Assembly: GCA_030741455.1 (NCBI GenBank)
Contig: JASLVI010000002.1
Location: 1-32,717, forward strand
DNA: 32,717 bases
Origin: Candidatus Poseidoniaceae archaeon
GTDB lineage: Archaea > Thermoplasmatota > Poseidoniia > Poseidoniales > Poseidoniaceae
Direction: 5' to 3'
Shown here: positions 25,405 to 32,717 of the stretch, piece by piece
Numbering within the stretch: position 1 is the first letter of the stretch
How the letters are laid out: each line of letters starts with the position of its first letter
Translations under genes and position numbers: made by a program
Notes under the pieces: generated by a model
The model's input: the letters and a program-made list of their open reading frames with translations, nothing else
Database searches by the model: none
What the model was told of the DNA's origin: nothing

Positions 25405-28400
25405 TTCATCTTCGACGATGCGTCGTGTTTCTTCTTCTTGCTCCTCTTCTTCACGGCGGCTTGACATTGCAAGAGCTGTGACGAAGAAGCCAGCGAGGGC
25501 TACTACAACGAGGCTTGGTGCGAACGATGGAACAGATCCAATACCGCCACCGAGTTGAACAACGGATGGGAGTTTGTCTCCGCTGCTGAGGAAGTCCTCA
25601 GCTGGCTTGTTCACGTGGTTACAGGTTGTTGGAACTCCAGCGTCACTGTCGATTGCGGAAGCATCCGAGAACATGACGTTGTTACACCAGTCGCTGTCTT
25701 GGAGCAATGGTCGACGAGTCGATTCAGTAACTCCATCGTCACCGTATGCACCAGGCTTGGACCATTGTTCACCGGTCATGCCGCCACCGTAGTTAACGTG
25801 GGCCCATGGTCCGTTGACTTGGTCATCCATCTGGAAGCGCTGTGCAGGAGCCTTTGCCATGTCACACTCTTCGTCCAAACATGTCAGAACGTCCATCTCA
25901 ACCCAAATGTATGGTGTGGATGTTCCGTCATCGACGATGTAGACGTACTCTTCGAAGGTCGATGTAGTACCCCACTCAGGTGGTGTGACATACATGACGT
26001 TCTCAGATTCACCATGTCCACCACTGGTGTGGAAGGTGATTGCAAGCATGTGATCGTAGGTGTATGGTCCTTGATCGCCACCAGCACCGACTACAACTTC
26101 AACAGGCACGTAGGTACCGGTTAGAACATCGGTAATGCCTTGGAAGTCGAATCCAACGACATCATCGAAGTAGTAGTCAGCAACGAGTTCACGTACGTTC
26201 TCGACTCGGACACCGATTTCTTGGGTTGCAACACCTTGCTGGTAGTTTGCAATTGCCATAACCGATGGGTCGTAGTTTGGTACGTAACTTGGTGCAGTAG
26301 CGGTGTCCTTGAGGACAAGACGGATCTGACAGAAGTCAGAGCCACTTGGTCCGATTTGGTGGATACCGTTGTCGTTCAAGTAGTCGATTTCCCAAGCGTT
26401 TGCTGTGGTTGTTGCATCAGGAACAAGTGTGAAGACGAGGTTGTCTCCAACAATCTCAGTGCTGAAGTAGTTCTCGTACGTACATTGGTCTGTTGATTCA
26501 ACGGTCCATGTCAAGTCAGCAGCGTTGTGGTCAACGTCGTACTTGACAGCAGACAAATCGTAGGTCAGGTTGTTCGCATTGGTGTCATCTTCCATGAGGC
26601 TGATGGACCATGGGGCAACTGGAGTAGATCCATTTGCTGCGGTAACAACTGCTCCTGTTGTAACATCCCAATCGAGGACAACTGGTGCATCGTTCACAGG
26701 GCTGACTGAGAAGTCAACTGTGAATGCGTCTGCATCTTGGTTCTCTGCACCATCATCACTGAGGGTGAGCGTAACCGTACAGGTTCCACCGAGTTCGTTA
26801 GCAGTGTTCTCGACGATGGTCAACTCATTGTTGGTGACCGATACACCGAATGCAACACATTCTGTTGGAACGGATGCATCCCATGTGTAGACCTGTCGAA
26901 GAGGGCTCTGCTCGTTGTCCATGTCACGGATGTACGACTTGCTCGCGTTCGAGATGTCACCAAGGAACTTGGAGACACTGCCGAATCCTTCAGGAACGAT
27001 GTTCGTGTAAGATCCGTCGTCAACGAAGACTGGCATACAGTCTGGACGCTCTGTGTTACAGATGACCGGCTTGTCGTTGATGTTGTTGACCGTCAAGGTC
27101 ATGTTCTTGGTATCGGTCAAGCCGTGGCTGTCCGTAACAATGAACTCAAACTCAACTGTTCCGAATTGGTCATCGAGAGGCGTGATCGTCACTGTGTGAC
27201 CATTCTTGTCCCAGTCGACCAAAACGTTGCTATGAGCAACGGTTGTTCCTTCAGTGACAGTCCATGTGAGAGTTGCCTCATCGTCTTGGACGTCATCAGC
27301 GAGGTTGGTCAAGGAGATGGTGTATGCACCACTGTCCTCATCAACAGATTCGTCAGCAAGAGCAGCCTGGATTTCAGGACATGCTCGCTTGATGTCAACG
27401 GTGAGCTCTTGGTTGGTTGCCATCGAAACAGCGTCAACAGTTGCCCAGTCGTAAACACAATCGGCCTTTGTCTTGATCATTACATCGTAGTCCTTTGCAG
27501 GTCCTGCGGTGGTCGTACCCTTGTAGGTTCGGTAAACCAAGACTTCATCGCTGATGCTTCCAGTTTCAAGATCGTCGTGAGTTGTCTCAATGGAGATGTA
27601 CTCACTGAGTGTCTGAACACCTGTGGAAACAGTCTGTGTTGGGTGAACGGTTTGGATGTTCGCTGAACCGTCTTGGACGACAGCGACGATGTTCACTGCA
27701 TCAGGTGTTCCACCAATTCGGCTGAATGGGATTGCGATTTCGAAGAAACCAGCGGTTGTTGTTCCCAAATCAGCGTCAACAGCATCTGTGGACAAGGAGC
27801 TTGCACCCCAGCCAAGGAATCCATTGGAGTAGAGGTCCATGTTGGAATCACTTGTAGCCCAGAAGAGATAGTCTGCTTGTACTGGTAGTGTGTGAGCACC
27901 ATTGAGGTTGTAACCTGTGTTGGAGCCACCAGCAACGACATCGAGATAGATCAAGAGGTCGTTGTTGGTAAGGTCTTCACCAGTCATACCGATGTAGAGT
28001 GCATCACCTTCACTGTATGTGACGTAGAAGTCGTTGGTTCCGTCACCGGAGACCATACCAGGCATAGCATCGTCAGATGGGTTCAATGGAGTACCACCAA
28101 TCCAATCCGAGTCATCACCGTCAACAGCCATGATATCAGGCTGGAAGGATGGTGATACGTATGCAGCACGGGTTCCGTCTGTGGAGACCAATGTCATACC
28201 AACAGCGGATGCAGCACCACTGAGGTGGGTTGCATCGAGACTGAAGAGGTTCGCTTCATCGATGGTTGCAGATGAGACAATGCTGATCTTCTGACTGTCG
28301 AGCGTGTTACCAATGCTGGTAACGTAGGCGTTCGAGCCAGCGTTGATTTGCGTTGTCGAAGCAGACCAGGTCAAGTTCTCGACCGATCCAACCGACTCGA

Positions 28401-31400
28401 CAGCGTGGATAGCTGTTGTCGCTGTTGAGGTACCGCCGTCCCATCGGAACTCAGTGTTCTCAGCGTAGACACCAACGTCACCTGCGGCATCGAGTGGGTA
28501 AATCCACGAGTAGTCACCATCGACCATGTAGAGGCCAGTACCTGTGCTTCCTCCATCAACAGATGCACCAATTGCGGTGACTGTTGCGTCGTCAGCGTAA
28601 ACACCAGCGGTGGATCCTGCGATGTCTGCGTCACCATGCATAGTGAGTGTTGCAGACTCGATGGAGACACCGTAAGCATATCCACCTACAGAGGTTCCGT
28701 CAAGTTCGATATCGTCACCCGAGTTGAGTGATGCAATACCGATACTCGATGCGACGTTGGTTCCAACGAAGGTTGAATCAACATCGGAAACATCACAGCC
28801 ATCAGTGATCATTGCATTGTCACCGATGGTTACTGTGTTGTCCTTACTCTGGATGGTAACCTTGTCACAGTCGTTGAAGTCAAATCCAACGGCGTTTGGT
28901 GCGGTACGTCCAGCACTGATTCCGATGGTGTTGTTCTCAACAACTGGTCCTGAGTATCCGCCAGCGGAAGTTCCGTAGTAAACTGCGATGTTTGCACCAC
29001 CGTCGCCCCAGGTGTCAGTAACCTTGAGAGTGTACTGACCCGCTGTGCTGTAGGATACTAGACGTGCGTATACGCTGTTCGAATTGAACGAACCAGCAGC
29101 CCAGTTGTCCTTTGTTCCGTCAGGCTTGGTAATTTCAAGACCGATTTCTCCGCCCCAGCTGTCCGATTCAAGATCGACGTAGGCTGTAACACCTGATGGG
29201 ATGGTGAAGGTACATGTGCTCTGCGTACGGTAAGCGTTGGATGCAATGGTACACAACGAGGTTGTTGGTGCAGGTGGGCTAGTAGCATCTTCCATGAAGA
29301 TACCGCCGTCAGCGTCCAACAATGTGTTGTTTGAGATTGTACCGTATCCAGCATCGGTTTCGATACCAGCTTCTCCAGCCTCTCCAGTTCCAATGATTTC
29401 ATTGTTATCGATGGTGTAGTCGAGGATTCCGTACATCTGGATCGCAGTTTGCGGTCCGTTGAAGTAGTTGTCAGTAACGCTGATTCGCTTGTTGTTTCCA
29501 CTGAATGCGGAGAATCCTTCTTCAGCAGATGTACTGTTAAACCAGTTTCCTGTAACAACCAAATCGTCGGTGTAAGAGTTTCCATAAACCCAAACGTCAG
29601 CAATCTCTCCACCATCGTTGAATTCGTTTCCTTCAATGGTGAGGTTGTCAGCTCCAAACTCGTTTGCATTGTGCGTGTACGAGTATGGGCTTCTTTGCGT
29701 CATAATTCCTGCACCACAATCGTTGAAGGTACTGTCCTTGATGTAGGATCCATCGGTACCAGTCATTTGAACACAGACGTCTGTAGATTGGATAGCGTTG
29801 TTCAATGGAGTGTATCCCTTGAAGTGCGTAACCGTAACGTTGTCCATGTACAAGAACTCTGATCGGTGATCGTAGTTATTCCATGTTGATTTGTAGGCCA
29901 TACCACTAGTAATGGATGCAACAGGATTCAAGGTTGTATCCTTGATCGAGATGTCCATTGCTTGGTAGATGTAACCCAATTCAAGACCGGTTTGTTGGCC
30001 AGTATCTGGGTTTGTCGCAACACCGAATACTTCAGAATCGTGCAAGTACAATTCAGGAGCGTTTGATCCTCCTTGTGCGTACCAACGCTGTGTGTCAGTG
30101 AAGAGATATGCTCCAGTAATAAGAACCAATGTGTTGTTCCAGTTGTGCTCATCATTGTCATCAAAGTACATGAAAGGAACGTCCATCATGATGGTCTTTC
30201 CAGACATATCCTCTGGTGTAGCAGCATAGTAACCGTATTCCTTAACGGTACCACCGTTACCATCAGCTAGGTTACGGTTGCCACCAGTGCTGAGGTAACT
30301 CGCACAGTTGGAAACCGTCTCGTATGAGGCACTGTTGAAACTGTAACAGACACGAGCATTGATTCGATCGGTGAGGGAAATGCTTCCACTGTTACCACTC
30401 GCATCATTCAATGAGAGGGATTGGAATGCATATCGGAAGTCACCCTTGGTCGAGGTGTAATCAATCATTGCAACTGTTACAGCTTCGTATCCGTTGAGAT
30501 CATCGCTGTTTGCTCCAGTTGAATCAACACGGACTGTACGGAACAAGATACCATCGGCATCACCGTTAGAGTCGGTTGTACCGGTTCCAGTAATCTTCTT
30601 GTCAGCGTTCATGAGAACGACGTTCGTATCCTGAACTGCGTTCGTGTCAGCCTGGACATTGATGGTTAGTTCGCGCATGCGTTCAAATCCACCAGTTCCT
30701 GTTACAGCAACCTTGTTGGTATCGATTGTTCCTTCGATAAAGTCAACTTCACTCGTTCCAGTGATCTTGACATCGCTCAGTGTATTGGCAAAGGTTGAAT
30801 CACTCACGGTGATGTCTCCTGAACCAGCGGTTTCGATACCAATGTTGTTACCTGAAACGGTCACACTACTGAAAGAAACATCCTTGTTGGTTTGCGAACC
30901 ATACTGATACGCAGCACCAGCACTGTTGGTGATTGTACCGGAGAGGTCGCCTCCAAAGTCCTTGACGTAGTAGATACCAGCGTTGTTTTGACCATCAAAG
31001 TCGATGTTGGTCATGTCCATTTGTCCTGAACCAGAACTGGAGACAAGCATACCGTAGTCACCGCCATCGACATCAATGTCGTTCATTGCTGCAGCGGTTG
31101 CTCCGACAACTTCGATTCCTTGATCGTTTGGTGATGTGATATCGATTCCGTCAAAGTTTCCAGAAGCGAAGTTACCACCGATTGCGATACCGGTATCTGC
31201 ACCAGTGATGGCACCGTTCTCGAAGGAAGCGGTACCACTGTCACGAGCGTAGTCACCGAGTGCACTTGGGTCGTTACCAGCACGGGCAACGAAGTCCAAG
31301 CGATCTTGATAGTTGTCAGCACGGTTGTGCAGAACGTCAACGTACATGGTTACCGCAGAAATCGAAGAATCAGAGATATCGACGATTGGGAAGGACATTC

Positions 31401-32717
31401 GAGCGCCTTCGCCTGGGTTCATGTAGTAACTGTAAGCGTAATCCAAACAGATGTTGTAGTAACCGCCGTATCCGTTGTAGCCTTCAGGTGGCTTGTAGAC
31501 ACCCTGTCCACCGTGATAGGAGTTGTAGTAGTAACCCCAGTAGTGGTATGGGTAGGATCCATAGGATGGGCTGGTGTCAGAGTCAATCTCACTCCAGCGG
31601 AATCCGAATTCATCAGGGTAGTAGTAGTAACCTGGGTAGGAGACGTACTGTGTTGGACCTTGAGGCCAATAGCGCCACATGTAGTACATGTATCCATCAA
31701 AGGATCCTGTGTATCCAGGACCATACGAATAACCGTAGTAGTTGCAGTGCCATGAAGCAACACCACCTTCACCACCAGCGTAGGTAGCAGCTCCGTTTCC
31801 GGACTTCGGATCGTCTGCTGCGTATGGGTAGTAACCCAACTTGTCTGGGGTAGTGATGTTCTCAGAGACTTCTCCAGAACCATCATCGTAGGTGACCTCG
31901 ATGTTCCATCGGTCGGTGAGCATGTAGTACTTGCTCGACGCGTAGTTGTAGGTAGGGTGAGCGTTACCTCCACCGTAGATGGAGTTCGCACCAACTTGCA
32001 AGTAGTCACCGGATCCGAGGAACGCAGTGAGATCGATTGCATAGGTGTGCCATCCAGTCGACTGTCCCGAGAGGGATGTCGAACGGTAGATGGTTGGTAG
32101 GCTCATTCCACCATAGACATCGACACCCACGGTGTTATCCGTCGATGTAAATCCGTCAATTTGTGGAGCACCGTTGTAGGATTGAATACCAACAGCAGCG
32201 TTCGAAACAGCAACGTTGCTGACCGACGCGCTTGATTGTTCAAGCCAAAGTGCAGTACCTGTGTTTCCGACGTTGATGATGCTCGAAGAGTCGATGTCAG
32301 CGGAGCCGCCATCGATCTTGACAGTTGCCATCTCATCCGAGGACGCAGAGGACCCGTAGACGGTTCCTGAGTTCTTCATGACGAGTGTAGCACCGTCGCC
32401 GACGTAGAGCGCAGCACCAGTTGTAGCGTCTTGAGCGACGTCACGAACGATACCGCCATCGATTTCGAGTGTTCCATCTTGGATGTCAATATGGAGCGGG
32501 TATGTCGAGGATACAGCCTGGAGAGAACCAGTTGCAACGCTTGACGTACCGACGAGCAACTTACCACCGTTGGACAATGTCAAAACAGGTGTGCTTGTTG
32601 CAGTCGACTTGACCTTCAATACAGCACCCATGAGCTTGATGACACAACCGTTGAGGTTGAGATCTTCAGTCAACGTCATTGGTGTTCCATCGAATTCGTA
32701 AATGGTGTGTCCTGATG
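24871..32717 (-). CDS. Giant beta-helix/cadherin-like surface adhesin, 5'-partial (more than 2614 aa), fused in frame to a C-terminal archaeal type IV pilin-like module.
   Basis: The 2602-aa ORF stays open upstream of its first ATG (32679) to the window edge; the in-frame codons read SGHTIYEFDGTP. Parallel beta-helix-type repeats (G/S/T/N/D-rich strands such as IDGGSADIDSSSIINVGNTG) span about aa 1-1500. A P-domain/PPC-like jelly roll (WGGEIGLEITKPDG...LKVTDTWGDGG) lies at about 28972-29259. A CBM9/DOMON-like domain (DGDDSDWIGG...LYIGMTG...LLIYLDV) lies at about 27664-28134. Cadherin-like repeats with NNINDKPV and VSPVNDAPV lie at about 26290-27357. The TM anchor is at 25465-25524. Confidence 0.9.
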   Translation of the reverse strand, partial: SGHTIYEFDGTPMTLTEDLNLNGCVIKLMGAVLKVKSTATSTPVLTLSNGGKLLVGTSSVATGSLQAVSSTYPLHIDIQDGTLEIDGGIVRDVAQDATTGAALYVGDGATLVMKNSGTVYGSSASSDEMATVKIDGGSADIDSSSIINVGNTGTALWLEQSSASVSNVAVSNAAVGIQSYNGAPQIDGFTSTDNTVGVDVYGGMSLPTIYRSTSLSGQSTGWHTYAIDLTAFLGSGDYLQVGANSIYGGGNAHPTYNYASSKYYMLTDRWNIEVTYDDGSGEVSENITTPDKLGYYPYAADDPKSGNGAATYAGGEGGVASWHCNYYGYSYGPGYTGSFDGYMYYMWRYWPQGPTQYVSYPGYYYYPDEFGFRWSEIDSDTSPSYGSYPYHYWGYYYNSYHGGQGVYKPPEGYNGYGGYYNICLDYAYSYYMNPGEGARMSFPIVDISDSSISAVTMYVDVLHNRADNYQDRLDFVARAGNDPSALGDYARDSGTASFENGAITGADTGIAIGGNFASGNFDGIDITSPNDQGIEVVGATAAAMNDIDVDGGDYGMLVSSSGSGQMDMTNIDFDGQNNAGIYYVKDFGGDLSGTITNSAGAAYQYGSQTNKDVSFSSVTVSGNNIGIETAGSGDITVSDSTFANTLSDVKITGTSEVDFIEGTIDTNKVAVTGTGGFERMRELTINVQADTNAVQDTNVVLMNADKKITGTGTTDSNGDADGILFRTVRVDSTGANSDDLNGYEAVTVAMIDYTSTKGDFRYAFQSLSLNDASGNSGSISLTDRINARVCYSFNSASYETVSNCASYLSTGGNRNLADGNGGTVKEYGYYAATPEDMSGKTIMMDVPFMYFDDNDEHNWNNTLVLITGAYLFTDTQRWYAQGGSNAPELYLHDSEVFGVATNPDTGQQTGLELGYIYQAMDISIKDTTLNPVASITSGMAYKSTWNNYDHRSEFLYMDNVTVTHFKGYTPLNNAIQSTDVCVQMTGTDGSYIKDSTFNDCGAGIMTQRSPYSYTHNANEFGADNLTIEGNEFNDGGEIADVWVYGNSYTDDLVVTGNWFNSTSAEEGFSAFSGNNKRISVTDNYFNGPQTAIQMYGILDYTIDNNEIIGTGEAGEAGIETDAGYGTISNNTLLDADGGIFMEDATSPPAPTTSLCTIASNAYRTQSTCTFTIPSGVTAYVDLESDSWGGEIGLEITKPDGTKDNWAAGSFNSNSVYARLVSYSTAGQYTLKVTDTWGDGGANIAVYYGTSAGGYSGPVVENNTIGISAGRTAPNAVGFDFNDCDKVTIQSKDNTVTIGDNAMITDGCDVSDVDSTFVGTNVASSIGIASLNSGDDIELDGTSVGGYAYGVSIESATLTMHGDADIAGSTAGVYADDATVTAIGASVDGGSTGTGLYMVDGDYSWIYPLDAAGDVGVYAENTEFRWDGGTSTATTAIHAVESVGSVENLTWSASTTQINAGSNAYVTSIGNTLDSQKISIVSSATIDEANLFSLDATHLSGAASAVGMTLVSTDGTRAAYVSPSFQPDIMAVDGDDSDWIGGTPLNPSDDAMPGMVSGDGTNDFYVTYSEGDALYIGMTGEDLTNNDLLIYLDVVAGGSNTGYNLNGAHTLPVQADYLFWATSDSNMDLYSNGFLGWGASSLSTDAVDADLGTTTAGFFEIAIPFSRIGGTPDAVNIVAVVQDGSANIQTVHPTQTVSTGVQTLSEYISIETTHDDLETGSISDEVLVYRTYKGTTTAGPAKDYDVMIKTKADCVYDWATVDAVSMATNQELTVDIKRACPEIQAALADESVDEDSGAYTISLTNLADDVQDDEATLTWTVTEGTTVAHSNVLVDWDKNGHTVTITPLDDQFGTVEFEFIVTDSHGLTDTKNMTLTVNNINDKPVICNTERPDCMPVFVDDGSYTNIVPEGFGSVSKFLGDISNASKSYIRDMDNEQSPLRQVYTWDASVPTECVAFGVSVTNNELTIVENTANELGGTCTVTLTLSDDGAENQDADAFTVDFSVSPVNDAPVVLDWDVTTGAVVTAANGSTPVAPWSISLMEDDTNANNLTYDLSAVKYDVDHNAADLTWTVESTDQCTYENYFSTEIVGDNLVFTLVPDATTTANAWEIDYLNDNGIHQIGPSGSDFCQIRLVLKDTATAPSYVPNYDPSVMAIANYQQGVATQEIGVRVENVRELVADYYFDDVVGFDFQGITDVLTGTYVPVEVVVGAGGDQGPYTYDHMLAITFHTSGGHGESENVMYVTPPEWGTTSTFEEYVYIVDDGTSTPYIWVEMDVLTCLDEECDMAKAPAQRFQMDDQVNGPWAHVNYGGGMTGEQWSKPGAYGDDGVTESTRRPLLQDSDWCNNVMFSDASAIDSDAGVPTTCNHVNKPAEDFLSSGDKLPSVVQLGGGIGSVPSFAPSLVVVALAGFFVTALAMSSRREEEEQEEETRRIVEDEMAVSPVIATILMVAITVVLSGVIYVWASSLAETGKLGVPRVTFDIENKELGTVDGYWQITVDQTEAELATAAVTVTVLYTNTDGVRTSYATLLSNTSNVYGFNPSNSDAFVSFVDKVENEGSFKESTFGIGDQIFVRTHAPDGQALTDATIRITYQPGPGDGSVIKAYQDLEFNKVV
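31405..31836 (-). repeat. Tyr/Gly/Pro/Trp-rich low-complexity insert (about 144 aa, about 25% Tyr) within the adhesin beta-helix region.
   Basis: Translation reads GYYPYAADD...NYYGYSYGPGYTGSFDGYMYYMWRYWPQGPTQYVSYPGYYYYPDEF...SYGSYPYHYWGYYYNSYHGGQGVYKPPEGYNGYGGYYNICLDYAYSYYM. On the plus strand the DNA shows repeated gtagtagtaacc strings. Confidence 0.8.

Noticed and set aside
25216-32701. Many plus-strand ORFs antisense to the giant adhesin (for example 26737..27666 at 309 aa, 25555..26124 at 189 aa, 31260..31787 at 175 aa).
   Set aside because: All lie within the single 7.8-kb minus-strand ORF, which has coherent domain content. Their translations are rich in Cys, Val, Arg and Ser and lack motifs. 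They reflect codon bias that depletes stops on the antisense strand.
1-32717. Search for CRISPR arrays, rRNA genes, transposases/IS ends and prophage or defence-system genes.
   Set aside because: I could find no spaced short direct repeats, rRNA-like segments, or recognisable integrase, transposase, nuclease or ATPase defence signatures in any frame.

Overview
This 32.7 kb window looks archaeal. It carries RFC small subunit, PolD small subunit, GatD, Pelota and two archaeal-type tRNAs, one with a bulge-helix-bulge intron. Formate-THF ligase and very large acidic surface proteins suggest an uncultured marine Thermoplasmatota (MG-II/Poseidoniales-like) genome; that taxonomic call is inference only. 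A compact housekeeping block (about 6.6-24.8 kb) holds rfcS, tRNA-Met(intron), gatD, an acyl-CoA carboxyltransferase, aroE-like, an NfeD-flotillin membrane operon, fhs, pelota, tRNA-Val, a CinA/PncC-like gene, PolD small subunit and a HAD phosphatase. Two giant surface-protein genes on the minus strand bracket this block, and both run off the window. The left one (1..6539, at least 2179 aa) is missing from the supplied ORF track because it has no in-window stop. I found it by translating the frame by hand; it consists of about seven tandem supermodules of roughly 330 aa. The right one (24871..32717, more than 2614 aa) is a beta-helix/cadherin-like adhesin. Its C-terminal membrane anchor continues in frame, with no stop, into a complete archaeal type IV pilin-like module (class III signal-peptide motif AVSPVIATILMVAITVV). 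This fusion is the most unusual feature in the window. With an 891-aa anchored protein, more than half of the window encodes cell-surface proteins. Other observations are a Tyr/Gly-rich insert in the adhesin, a perfect 20-bp palindrome centred on TATA in a divergent intergenic region, a recurring TTCAAA-type box about 30 nt upstream of starts (leaderless transcripts), and an alpha/beta-hydrolase-like domain whose nucleophile Ser is replaced by Gly. I saw no CRISPR array, rRNA, transposase or integrase.
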